Positions 37,226 through 49,527 of a DNA stretch of 64,000 nt are shown one piece after another. The position numbers were made by a program, and so were the translations under genes. The notes beneath the pieces are model-generated. The model searched no databases. It saw only the letters and a list, made by a program, of their open reading frames with translations, and was not told the DNA's origin. The DNA comes from Raillietiella orientalis (taxonomy: Eukaryota). The stretch lies in NCBI GenBank assembly GCA_036172245.1, contig JAYWIR010000092.1:124001-188000 (forward strand), written 5' to 3'. Position 1 is the stretch's first letter, and every line of letters begins with the position of its first letter.

Positions 37226-40200
37226 GGAGGACGTGTTTTTCCTCCACTCGCCAAAGAGTAGTAGGAAAGCGCTTTTTCTTGTGTGTGGTGTTTTGTGTAC
37301 ATCGTCGCTGTCCAATGGCCAGGATGCCAGAGGACACCGCGATGGAGGTAGGCGTGGGGAAGGCTAGTTCGCCCCCACAGCCTACTGGAGCAGGTATAGC
37401 CGTCCCGGAATCATCCCCGGCCACTCCGAGGACATGCAGCGCCATGTTGGCCGCGCCCAGCGCGGAAGCCATGGCGGAGATGGCCGCATACAAGGCCTCC
37501 GGGTACAAGCCAACGCTTGTCTACCAGGTAGGCAACTTGTTTGAAGGCAGGACTGCACGCGCAGTTAGCAGGGTGCTGCAGGAAGCGAATATACTAGAGA
37601 AGGAATTTGACGGCCTCTCCGTCCTCAGCGGAGGGCAGCGGGTCGAGGTGGTGTGTAAGGACGTCACCTTGGCTCACCGCCTGATTCATGCGCCGCTGAA
37701 CGTTGACGGCCGCAAGATCTTGCCAGTGTCAATAAAGCGCTCCGTAGTGGTCCACATGACCGGCATTAGCAGCCGCATGACTCCCTCTGCGTTAGGAGAA
37801 GAACTACGAAAGTTTGGGGAGGTGCACGCACTGTGACCCCAACCCACCATTTTTGACGGCTACGGAAGTCTTTTTGGTGGTGAGGCTGCAGCGCGGGTCA
37901 CCGTAAAAGAAAATTCTGGACTTCCACACAAACTGAACGTCCCGCAAGAAAGCGTGGACCCTTTGTACGTGGGGAAACCACGATACTGCGGATACTGTTC
38001 TACCGTGGGACACCTCCGTAAGAGGTGTCCTAACATCCAGTGCCACCTGTGGGGGGAGAAGGGCCACGTTCGGCGCCTGTGCCCCAAGCGCCCCACTCGG
38101 GTTCCACCTGCCGCCAAAAGAGCGCAAAGGAAACGTGCCTTGAAGGTCGCAAGACCTAAGGCGGAAAGTATCCGTCAGAAGCTGCCAACACCTCAACTTC
38201 CGGCGCAAAGGCCGGAGGATAAACCTTCCAAAGTAATGGAAGGGAAAGAGGGCTGGCAACTTGTTGCTGCCAGAAAAGCCAAGAAAGCCCCATCCACGGA
38301 GAAGAAAGAACGTAAGCCGGCGGGTAAGCGAAAAAACCTGGTCCGCGCTCGAAAACTCGCGAGTGCACGGTGGCACTGGAACGAATCGTGGTTCCCGAGG
38401 ATGCCACCCGGAGCGACGATTCTACCCTTGCCGCTTCCTCTACGCCCAATGCTCGCGACGGCGAACCCTCTGTTTACACATAGGGTGAGCCGCGCGACAT
38501 AGCGGCGGTCGAAGCCGCGGACGCCGCGTTCGCGTATGCGGCGGAGGAGCTCGCGGTCACGCTAGCCGAGCGTGAGAACCCCTCGCGCAAGGCCGTGCGA
38601 AGGCCGGCTCCAACGAAGAAGGCCCCACAGGAGAGTTAGACCTGGGGGCCGGAAGTACATCCTCCTCCTCGGACGCACCCCCCAGGAAGTCGGGACGCAA
38701 GTCCCAGAAGCCCAGGAGGCGCCTCCCCTCCACCAGCGAGGAGAAGACGGAAGCCGTCGCCAGCGTGGGAAATTCGGAGGAGGAATTCCCACGCTCGGAA
38801 GCTGTCGATCCGGCCACCCCCATGAAGGAAGGTGAACAGGGGGGTGAAGTCCCCCCTGTAGGCGCCGACCCTGAACAGCCCGCCCCCATGGAGGAGGGCG
38901 AACAGGTAGGCGCGACCCCACCTGTGGGTGACCCGCTCGATGTGCCGTTACCTATGGAGGAGGGGGACCAGGTGCCTTCAGCACCAGACCCTCCTTCTCC
39001 ACCTAGCGTCCCGCCCCAACAGGTGGCGGACGCCGCAGGTCCGATTTCCCAGAAGTAACACCTGGGGTCGCCAGTCGCCGTCGGATTCGCGCGGCCTGTT
39101 GGAACGTCAACGGGATGCGCGACGACGGTAACAGGCGAGATACACCCGACACCTTGCGGGAGTTCGACCTGGCCCTGTTGCAGGAGATCCATGTGATCAT
39201 TGCGGCGGACGTCCTGGAGATCGAGACGATCGCGGAGGGTCGACTGTATTGGCGATGCGGCGCCCGCAACACTTGTGGGGTCGCGTTCTTCGTGAAGCCG
39301 GTCATCGACGCTGCCGTGAAGGGCGTACGCTTCGATGACGACGGTCGGGTCGGTCAGCTGACTCTCAGCTGGTCCGACTCGATCGAATTGATCGTCACGA
39401 ACGTGTACGCCCCAAGCGTAAAAGGGGGATACAGGGACCGTACCAGGTTGCTGGAAACCCTGAAGCGCGACTGGCTGGCCGATACGAACGTGCGGAAGGC
39501 ACACCTGATAGCTGGGAACTTTAATCTCCGTCTGCTGTCAGGTGAGCCCGAAGCACAAGAACGCACGCCCAACGAGTTGTGCGCTGCCATGCGCACGCGC
39601 AACTTGTTGGCAAACGCGGAGGGAATGGACCGCAGCATCGACCACTTCTTCCTGGATGTCGACCTGTGCTCGCGGGTCGGCAAACGGGGAAAAGTTGCGT
39701 CGACTCTGTCAGACCATTCCAGGTTAATCGCCGAGGTTTGCCCGCACGATAAAGGACGCCCGTCGAGGGCGTGGCGGCTGACTGGGGACTCGACGCGGTT
39801 CTCAGGTGCGAAGGAACACCTTCGCGAATTCTTGAGAGCGTCACCCTCCGCAGTCTCAAAGATTGGGACCTGTTCAAGGCCTCGGTCCGCGAGTTCTGCG
39901 AGGAGTTCCCCCTGCACCGCCAGCCCCTTGGACTTGGGGAGGAGGCTCGGAAACATAGGGCCTATTTACAGGCCCGCCGGTACGAGAGGACCCCTAATGT
40001 CCGTCGCCTGGGCGAATATCGAGCCGGGGCCGAGCGCCAAGCTTGACAATCCGGGTCGGCCAGCTTGCTGGACTGTGAGCTTCTCGTCTAGGACAGGTGG
40101 AAGACTCCATAATTAGAACGGAGCAGACATCCACTGTTCCCGGGCGAAGTATGGATGCCAACCTGTTCTTCGCGAGCATATGGTTCCATGTGCAGCGCTG

Positions 40201-42421
40201 CCAAAATGAAACTGGCGGAAAGATTGGCAACCCCACTTTGGGGCCGCCAGCTGGGCTGGGAATGGACACCCGGGCTGGGAAGGGGGCCCTAGCGATCGCG
40301 GTCGATCTCCATAAGGCGTTCGACTGCGTTGACCAGGAGCTACTGTTGGAGCTCCTGGGTCGCATGGGCTTCCCATCCTCCCTTCTCTCCTTCCTGCGCT
40401 CCTGCTGGCGCAACGCCATCGTTAACATCTGCTTTTCCAGCCAACAGGTGTACGGCGTGCCGGTGCGGCGGTGCATACGGCAGGGCGATAGCCTCAGTCC
40501 CCTGGTCTTTAGCACCTACTTTGAGTTGGTGCTGAGAGCGTACAGGGTGACTTTGGCCCCATTGCCGAGCTCGTGCCCCGGCACGCCCGCCGTTGCAGCG
40601 TACGCCGTCGATCTTCTGCTCTTGTTGCCCATGTCCGCCCCGGCAGCCGCAGTCGAGGATTTCTTCGACCTGCTAAGTCGTGGGACTGGACTTCGGGTAA
40701 ACAAGGCGGAGTCGTCGGTCGTAGCGGTGGGTGCGACGTGGGTCGGACGGCCTGACTGGATCCGCTTAAAGATCCCCGCGGCCAGGTACCTGAAGTACCT
40801 GGGTGTCCCGTTGGGGGACTTCTGCCTCGCAGAAGCCTGGTCAGGTCGTCTCCAAAAGGTAGAGTTGGCAATCGGCTCGTTTCTGGAAGGCAAGTTCCTT
40901 CTGCCGGTACGGGCCGCGGTGTGGAACGCGTTGGCGGCTTGCATCCTCCGCCCCCTGCTTTTTGTTTGCCCCGTCCCCCGTGACATTAAAACGTGGACCA
41001 AGGACCTACTCCGCATCGCCCTCTGGGGTAGCGGGAGGCCACGTGTGCCTCTAGATGACTTATGCGCTCCTCGTCGGGACGGCGGTCTCGGCCTCCTGAC
41101 GCTGGAGCGCCTGGACATACAGCTGCGATGGCGCACCCTCGCCATCGCAGCAAAGTCATGGAGCACCCCTTGGTGCGTTCCGGCCCGCATCCTCGCCCGC
41201 CGTGTGTCCAGGACGCAAGGACTCGCGTCGTACCTTCTGTGCTCTGGCAGGAAGGTCAGAAGATGCGGCCTTCTCCTTGGGCGCATGGAAGCCCTGGTGA
41301 GAGACAACGGCTGGATGGTATGCAGCCCCGCCAACTCCTCCGCCTGGCTGGAGGAATCCGTTGCGACGTGGGCCAAGCTGAACCTCCAGACTTCCCCGGA
41401 CTGGAACCGCCTGCAATTCGGCCCCAACGCCTGCTGCACACTGCGGACTACTCTGGAGTGTCCCGAAAGGAGCACGTGGGTGGAGACTACCCCTCTAGCC
41501 TCGACCCTGCTCTTCCTACGAAGAACTTTAACCAGTGGCCGCAAGCCAAAGTGGCAAGTCTCCTGTCGAATCGCAGGCAAGGAAAAGAAGATGAGCGGTT
41601 GGACCATGCAAGAACTGGCAGATGCCACGACCCCGAGTGCCCTCCCGCGTGGACTTCGTCGCTGGGGTGAGCTGCTCGGCATCCCGACGGATGACCTGAA
41701 GTGGCCTACAATATTAATCGGATCCAGGCTTCTCCCCCTGAAGTGTCAGGAGTCGGCGCTGCTGCTGTTGCACTGGAGTCTACCCTGCAACGCGCGCCGC
41801 TTCCACTGGACGCGAGGAAGTGTAAGGCCTGAGTGTGCCAGGTGCGGGGAGCGGGAATTGCTCCCCCACTTACTTGTTGACTGTGCTGCCCTCCGACCCC
41901 TGTGGGAACGGTTCGGGACGACCCTCGGGCTCCCAATGGGCAGCGCGCCCAGAGTCGTTCTTCGGCCCCTCTTCGTGCGGGACTCCCTGCAGCCCACCGC
42001 AGCCCTCGCATCTTTCTCCTGCATCCGAAGCATCGTGGCGGCCTGGAGCGACATTCGTGACGAAGGAGTGGATGCCAACGCGAGGTATGTCATCCCGTAT
42101 GCGGTCTGCTTCATGCAGAGAGCTGCGAGATGGCCCCATCTGGGAAGCATGAAGATGGACCTGGAGGGCATCCTGCGAAGGATGGGCCCTCCTCCCAGTG
42201 GATTGTGATTTCTTCCTCTCCCTCCAAACTCATTTTTTGTTTTCCTTATCTTTATCTTTCTTTTTGTTTTGATCCTTATCCCCCTCCACTGCCGAGAAGC
42301 GTCACGCCGGGCTGCGTCCCGGCGTCCCGGCAGGTCCGGTGCTGTGTGGCCGTTGGGGGGGCTCGTACCACGTTTATACAGAGTTTTTTTGATAAACGCC
42401 TCGGGCGTACCCGGGTGACAA
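37226..42421 (+). mobile_element. Family B LINE with both termini and an internal ORF2 deletion at ~40075-40097
   Basis: 5' motif at 37226-37240; ORF1 37315-39058 (broken); EN 39060-40075; RT to C-terminus 40097-42208; terminal hairpin 42391-42421. No matching TSD seen, so it may be a recombinant. Confidence 0.92.
40097..42208 (+). pseudogene. Family B ORF2 C-terminal 703 codons (RT with YAVD; CARC...HLLVDC)
   Basis: Open frame, but the N-terminal RT is deleted and the catalytic YADD is altered. Confidence 0.9.
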
Positions 42422-45048
42422 CCCCAAATCCCGCAGGTAGGCGATGCTAAAGGAACCGGTCGCAGAACTGCTGGACCGACTGCTTGAAGCGGTCCCAGTC
42501 CTGAATCGTCCGCATCCTGAAGTTCCGTATGAACGCGCGGAGATGTTCCGCCGCGTCCGGGAACTTCAGTCAGTCCCCTGGCAGACGCCACGCTGACGAC
42601 GGGGGGCCCTTGTCGCGCGGATGCACTTCGAACACGAATCGGCCATGGTCCGACAGCAAGGACGGTAACTTGCCGCGCCTGCCCACGCGAGAGCATAGGT
42701 GCTAGTCAAGGTACACGTGATCGATGCTCCGTTCCATGTCCGTATCTCCGGCCAGCAAGTTGCACGTGTGCATTTGCGCGCACAACTCGTTGACGCGGTG
42801 GTTCAGTGTATCCGGCGCACCTGAAAGCAGGCGCAGGTTGAAGTCACCTGCGATCAGGTGCGCTTTGCGTACACCTGCTTCGATCAGCCAATCGCGTCCG
42901 AGGGCAAGGTAGAATTCTCTTCTTGCCTTCGCCCTCAAAGCGTTATTTCCGCTAGGAGCGTATAGGTTGGTGACGACCAGGTCGATAGAGTCGGACCAGC
43001 TGAGAGTCAGCTGACCGACGCGACCTGCGTCATCGAACCGAACGTCCTTTATTGCGGTCTCGATGGCTGGCCGAAGCAGGAAGGCGACACCGCTTGATAT
43101 CGCGGTGCCGCAACGCCACAACAGCCGCCCACCCGAGATCCGTTCGATCTCCCGGGCTTGATCTGCGGAGATCACGTGGATCTCCTGCAGCAGCACCAGG
43201 TCGAAGGATGCCAGGGTGGCGGTCACGTCACGCCACTTGCCGTCGTCGCTTAGCCCGTTCACGTTCCAACAGGCGATCAGAAGATGACGGCGAGAGGCGA
43301 TTCCCGGCATTATGGCTGGGAAAGTGGCGTCGCGGCACCTGCCGCGGGGCAGGTGTAGGAAAGGTCCATCGGTGCGAGGACCATCGTAACGAGGACGGAG
43401 GCCTCTTCAGGCGCCTGGGGTACCTGTTCGGCCTCCATCCTCACCATCCCCTCCGTGTCCGAGCGTGGAATTCTCTCGGGCGACGGGTCCCGGGAGTTTC
43501 CCACGCTCATGGCACCCTCGCTACCGGAAGCCATCTCTTCCCCTTCGTCGGGGGAGACGATCTTCCGGGGCATTGTGGAATTTCGTCCTGCCTTTTTGCG
43601 GGGTGCTGAGGACATGGATGCTGTGTTTCCGTCCTTCACCTCGGGGTCGGAAGTGGCCGACCCCTGAGGGGAAGCAGGACGCCTGACGGCCTTCTTGCCA
43701 GCCTTGGGAACGGCCGGCTGCAACGAGGCAACCAGTTCCTCCGCGGCGCGCTCCAAGGCGACGTCATCGAGCGTTGGCTCGATGACGGATGCCGCCGCCT
43801 CGTTTCCTTCCTTGTTGACTTTGCCAACGGAGGGTTGAGCAGGGGCAGCAGCAAGTTATTTAGCGCCGCATTCGTCGATGGCGGGAATACCCTCTACGAC
43901 GACGCACCAGCTTTTGGTTTTTTCGCGGCGCGGAGTGGTTTCGCTCCGTTTCGCCACGTTCTTTCCCTTCTTATGGGAGTTTTTCTTGGGTTCGACCTTC
44001 TGCCACCCTGGCTCTTGACCCTCGCTTTCGAACTTTTCGGCGTTTTTCGCCGGAGTCTCGGGGCTGGCCTTCGCCTTTGTGGCGCAGGTGACCTTCTAAG
44101 CAGCAGCACGAGTTGGCATCTTTTTTCTTTTTTTAGCCGCGCTCTTCCTTGCGTTTTTTGCGGACACGACGCGGTCTGTGTTTTGGGGGCACACCAGACG
44201 GGTGTGCCCCGCTTGTTTGCATTGCTGGCACTGCACGCTCGGACACGTCATTTTATGGTGACCAAAGCTGCTGCAGCAGCCGCAGAACTTGGGTGTCCCC
44301 ACGTACCCGACGTCAGTGGACTCACCGTTGACGGTGAGTTTGTGGCGAAACTCACACGCTTCGCGGACCGTTACTCGCGCTGCACCCAGGTTGCCAAGCA
44401 CCCCGTCGTAATCAACAAAAAACGTAGGCTCACCCCACAGCGCGCGGACAGTTGCGAATTTTTCTAATTCGTTCCGCACAGCCTCCTTCGTCATCCGGAA
44501 CGTGATACCGGTCAGGTGAATTATCACCGACCGGTCTTCAGTAATTGGGAGAAGCCTCCGGCTCCCCATAATTACAAGGGTCCGCAGAAGTCTTTGCACA
44601 AGAGTTGCCTCCTTGCAGATAACTTCCACAAATTGTCCCCCGCTTCTGACGGACATAGCCAGAAGCTCCTCTTTTTGTACGCCGAGAACGCGCATCGCCT
44701 GAAAGAAGGCGCGCGCGTTTTCGGGAGAATATAGACCGTCTACCTTATATAGAAGGGGTGGGTTATACCTCTCCTCCAGGTAAGCGCGCATCTTTGCCAT
44801 AGCCGCTGGCGTAGGTGCCGCAGCCACGGGGTTCCAAGCCCTGGGTAAGGCCGAGGGCGCATCCGTGTTGGCGGGAGCCTCCACTGATGCGGAAGCCCCC
44901 ACCTCCATCTCCTCCGGGGGCAATGAGGTCATCGCCCCTGGATCCTCACCGATTGTGGTATCAGGCATTGCTGCCTAATCCACCACCCACACCACGCACA
45001 AGCACCAACGGAAATAAAACTCAGGAGCAGCAAAAAGACACGTCCGCT
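42422..45048 (-). mobile_element. Family D-related LINE 5' half (ORF1 44968-43310, ORF2 EN from 43310)
   Basis: GGACGTGTCTTTTT 5' motif; CGCCSSFGHHKMTC and CQQCKQAGHTRLVC; ACWNVNG, LLQEIH, AGDFN, IDH. Cut at GFG-V. Confidence 0.92.
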
Positions 45049-45147
45049 CGACGCTCCCGAGTCTCTCGGATTGAAGCCTTTTTAAGGCCTTGGTCCGGGA
45101 GTTCTGCAAGCAGTTCCCCTTGAACCGCCTGCCTTCCGGATTCGGCG
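45049..45147 (+). mobile_element. Host ORF2 remnant ending at 'SGFG-V'
   Basis: VREFCKQFPLNRLPSGFG. Confidence 0.85.
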
Positions 45148-47254
45148 TTATAACCCGGATACGCACGGGGCGTTCATTTGTGAACTCTACATGCCTGGTA
45201 CGAGGCCCCATTACGGCCGTAAACACAGGACCTGTCGGGACACCGGGACGCAGCCCGGCGTGGCACTCCCCGTCAACGAAGGGGGATGGGGATAAGACAA
45301 TAAGAAAAATAAAAAAAGAAACAAACAAAAAGAAGTTGGAGGGCAGGGAAGGGATTACTGGTCACTGTGGGAAGGGCCCATCCGTCGAACAAAGCCCTCG
45401 AGGTCTGTCTTCATATTCCCTAGTTCGAGTCATCCGGCAGCTTTCCGTAAAAAGCGTTGGGCATACGGGATGACATCACTCGCCTGTGGATCCACTCCTT
45501 CGTAGTTGACGTCGCTCCATGCCGCCAGGATGCCACGGACGCAGCACAAGGCTGCGATGGCTGCGGCTGACTGCAGTGCGTCCTTCACGAAGAAGGGCCG
45601 AAGAACGTCTCTGGGGGTGCTGCCCGTAGGGAGCCCGAGGGTCGTGCCGAACAGTTCTTAAAGAGGTCGGAGGGCAGCACAATCCACAATAAGGTGGGGA
45701 AGCGACTCCCACTCCCCGCAACTGGCACACGCAGGATCCACAGCTCCCCTCGTCCAGTGAAAGCGGCGCGCGTTGCAGGGTAGACCGCAGTGCAATAGGA
45801 GCAGCGCCGACTCTTGCTACTTGAGGGGCAGGATCCTGGATTCTTTTATCACCAGGGGCCACTTCAGCTCATCCCTGAGGATGGCGAGCAGCTCGCCCCA
45901 CCTCACTAATTTACGCGGCTGGACGCTCGGAGTCATGGCGTTGGCCAGTTCTCCTGTTCTCCAGCCGCTAATCAACTTCTCGCGTCTCTCGATGCAGCAG
46001 GAGACTTGCCACCTTAGCGTCCGGCTGCTGTGAAGTGCCCTCCTCAGGAAAAGCATCGCTGTAGCTAGGCAGGTTGTCTCTGCCTACGTGCATCTTGCTG
46101 AACTCTCCAGGAGATTCCGCAGCGTGCAGCGGGCGTAGGGGCTGCATCGAAGACGATTCCACGTTTCGTGGCTACTCTGGTTTACCACTGCCCACGTTCC
46201 AATATTCTCCTCCAGCCAGGCAGGGGAGTTGGCGGGGCAGCAAACCATGCAGCTGTTCTCCTTGGCCAATGTTGCCTTGCGCCCGAGCAGTACGCCGCAT
46301 CTTCGAATCTTTCGGCCACGGCTCAGAAGAAAAGAAGCAAGTCCTTCGCACCGGGAAACACGGCTGGCCAATAGGCGGGCCGGAGTGCACCAAGGGGAGC
46401 TCCACATCTTCGCTGCGATGGCAAGGGTTCGCCATCGCAGCTGGATTTCCACGCTCTCCAGCGTCAGGATGCTGAGACCGCCGTCTCGACGCGAAGCGCA
46501 CAAGTCATTCAAAAAGACTCGGGGCCTCCCCTTGCCTCAAAGGGCTATGCGGAGGAGGTCCTTTGTCTTCTTCTTTGATTCCACGGTGGGAGAGCAAACA
46601 AAAAGCAAGGGGAGGAGGATGGGCGGCCGCGAAGGCGTTTCGAACCGCGGCCCGTTCGGGCAACTGAAACTTGTCTTCCAGAAACGGGCCGATCGCCGTC
46701 TCGACTTTTTGAAGGCAGCTGGACCACACTTACGCAGGGGAGTAGTCCCCCAACGGCACACCAAGGTACTTGAAGCACCCCGTCGTGAGGATCCCCAGAC
46801 GGACCCAGTCCTGGTGCCATGCTTACGCCGCACCTATTGGCACCACCGACGACATAGCCCTGTTCACCTGCAGTCCGGTCCCGCGGCTGAGCAGATCGAA
46901 GAATTCTCCGATTGCCTTTTCCGGGGTGGACATTGGCAACAAGAGCAGAAGATCGACGGCGTACGCTGCAACGGCGGGCGTGCTGGGGTACGAGCTCGGC
47001 AATGGGGCCAAAGTCACCCTGTACGCTCTCAGCACGAACTCAAAGTAGGTGCTAAAGAGCAAAGGGCTAAGGCTATCTCCCTGCCTTATGTCCCGTCGCA
47101 CCGGCACGCCATGCAACTTGTTACCGCTGAAAGTGACGGTATTCCTCACATTCCGCCAGCAAGAGCGCAGGTGGGAAATCAAGGAGGGTGGGAAGCCCAT
47201 CCGACACAGGAGCTCCAAGAGTAGTTCCTGGTCTACACAGTCGAACGCCTTGTG
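45148..47254 (-). mobile_element. B-related LINE, RT ('HKAFD') to 3' end; flanks the D element on its 5' side
   Basis: IRQGDSLSP, AYAVD; B-type 3'UTR; terminal hairpin at 45148-45178. Confidence 0.9.
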
Positions 47255-47348
47255 CGCTCTAGGGTGGACGTGTTTTCTTGGAGCTCCTCGTGCCAGGAAG
47301 TCTCCCCCAGTGCAAGCGTCGTGTGGTTCGGTTGTCGATCAGGCAGCG

Positions 47349-49010
47349 ATGCCTGACGCGACCACCAGAGATGGCCAGGGGACAGCGGCAACGCCGCCCT
47401 CAGAGGCGATGGAGAGCCAGGGGGCGGCGGCAACGTCGCCCCCAGAGGCGATGGAGGTGGGGGCATCCGCCCCCACAGAATCGGTCCCCGCTACAGCGAG
47501 GGCGTGGAGCGCCGTTGTGTCGGCGCCATCGCCTGCAGCCGCGGCGGAATTGTCGGCCTATGTAGAGGAGGGGTACAAACCCTCATTGTTCTACAAGGTA
47601 GGAAATTTATATTCTTTAGAGAGCGCGCGCGACTTCTCGAAGGGCATGCGCGCTCTCGATGTGAAAGAGGAGGAGCTCAGCGCTATGACCATCCGCAGCG
47701 GGGGTCAGTACGTTGAGGTCATCTGCAAACATGCAGAGCTGGCCCAACGACTGCTTAAAACCCCCGTTGTGATGGGGACGCGCAGGCTTCTCCCCACTAC
47801 GGCGGACCGCAGCATGGTGGTCCACCTGTTAGGCGTGACCGCGCGAATGCGCAAAGAACAGGTTCGCGCCGCTTTGGAACAGTTTGGAACGGTCCACGCG
47901 CAGTGGACGAAAGTTAGTCCTTTCGAGGACTACACGGGGCTGCAACACGGCCTCACTGCTGCGCGCGTGACCGTTCGGGAGGACTGCACTCTTCCCCACA
48001 AACTGGTGGTCGAAGGCGAAACCGTCGACCTCTGGTATGTGGGGAAGCCGAAATACTGTGGCTTCTGCAATACGTCGGGCCACCTCAAAAAGAGGTGTCC
48101 CAATGTGCAGTGCCAAGTATGCGGCACAATGGGCCACACGAGGGAAGTGTGCCCAAAAGCAGCAGTGCGGGTGGTTTCCAAGAGAAACCTTAAAAAACGC
48201 GCCCGGCTTCTGCAGAAAAGACTGGCGGCGAAAGCTACCGCGAAGGCTGTGCCACACGCGCCCAAGACCCAGGCCGCACCCGAGACCCCGGCGACCAACG
48301 CCGAAAAAGTAGAGGGAGCCGGCCAGGAGACTGAGTGGCAAGTGGCAACAGCCAAAAAATCAAAGAAGGAGAGGAGGATGGAAAAGAAAATCGCCTACCA
48401 ACAGAAGAAGAAAGAGCAGGGTAGCGCGATAATTAAAGAGTGCATCGTCGTTGTCGAACGCGTTCTCGATGTTGCCGAACGCTGCCGGAAAGAACTCGCC
48501 GCTACCGACGACCTCCCCTCTGTTGACACAGTCAACAGCGAGGGGAGCGAGCCGGCGGCGGGGTCCGTCATCGACACCACCATCGATGACGTAGCCTTCG
48601 CGCGAGCCGCGGAGGAGCTGGCAGCTTCGTTGCAGCCAGAACCCTCCAAGGCTGGCAAGAAGGCCGTAAGGCGTCCGGCCTCCCCTCAGGAGTACCCCAC
48701 TTCCGACCCCGAGGTGGAGGCCGGAAGCGCAGCCTCCGTTTCTACGGCACCGCGCAAGAAGGCTGGACGTAAGTCCACAAAGCCAAGGAAGCTCGTCTCC
48801 CCCGTGGAAGGGGAAGAGATGGCTTCCGCAAGCGAGGGTGCCATGAGCGTGGGAAACTCTCGGGACCCGTCGCCCGAGAGACTCCCACGCACGGACACGG
48901 AGGGGATGGAGGGGGTGGAGGCCGAACAGGTGCCTCAGGTGCCTGAGAAGGCCGAGACCCCCATGGACATCCCGCCCGCCTCGCAAGAGGAGGGCTCCCC
49001 CACACCTTAA
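47349..49010 (+). CDS. Family D ORF1 protein, open, ~553 aa, two CCHC knuckles
   Basis: CGFCNTSGHLKKRC and CQVCGTMGHTREVC. ATG at 47349 follows the 5'UTR. A 13-codon duplication lies near the N-terminus. Confidence 0.88.
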   Translation: MPDATTRDGQGTAATPPSEAMESQGAAATSPPEAMEVGASAPTESVPATARAWSAVVSAPSPAAAAELSAYVEEGYKPSLFYKVGNLYSLESARDFSKGMRALDVKEEELSAMTIRSGGQYVEVICKHAELAQRLLKTPVVMGTRRLLPTTADRSMVVHLLGVTARMRKEQVRAALEQFGTVHAQWTKVSPFEDYTGLQHGLTAARVTVREDCTLPHKLVVEGETVDLWYVGKPKYCGFCNTSGHLKKRCPNVQCQVCGTMGHTREVCPKAAVRVVSKRNLKKRARLLQKRLAAKATAKAVPHAPKTQAAPETPATNAEKVEGAGQETEWQVATAKKSKKERRMEKKIAYQQKKKEQGSAIIKECIVVVERVLDVAERCRKELAATDDLPSVDTVNSEGSEPAAGSVIDTTIDDVAFARAAEELAASLQPEPSKAGKKAVRRPASPQEYPTSDPEVEAGSAASVSTAPRKKAGRKSTKPRKLVSPVEGEEMASASEGAMSVGNSRDPSPERLPRTDTEGMEGVEAEQVPQVPEKAETPMDIPPASQEEGSPTP

Positions 49011-49527
49011 TCTTCCCCGCAGTAATTCCGGGAATCCCCTCCCGCCGTCGTCTGCGCATCGCCGTTTGGAACGTGAACGCCATGACAGACGCCGGCAGGA
49101 GACGAGACATGGCCGCCCTTCTGGAGTCCTACGACCTTGCGCTGCTGCAGGAGATCCACGTGATCTCTGCAGAACAAGCGCAAGAGATTTCTCACCCGGT
49201 CACGCCGGGGCGTTTATTCCATATAACATAACCAAAAAAAAAAAAGCAATTATACAAAATAAACCAGTTGGGAACCAAACTTCCAACCGACGACTGAACA
49301 AGAATGAAGAGAATATTGCTGGCACGCAGGCCAGAGTAACAGTTTTGTGAACGGTGTGGGGGGGCGGGAAACACAAAGAAACCAAAATAAAATAAAAACA
49401 ATGAATAAGGAGGACGGGATAAGGGTCTTTGGGATCGCTCTGGAAGACACGGGGATAAAAGCATGGGCACCGGAAATTTTATTGAGCGAACGGGGACGGG
49501 GTATGGGTGGGCGAGAGGTCGCAGGGG

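Noticed and set aside
40516..41682. Long antisense ORFs (also 32652-33698, 38557-39504, 46229-47224)
   Set aside because: Shadow frames of GC-rich LINE coding sequence, with no independent motifs.
47049..47348. N-terminal extension of the 653-aa ORF
   Set aside because: It crosses the insertion junction into antisense host RT; the real ORF1 start is likely 47349.
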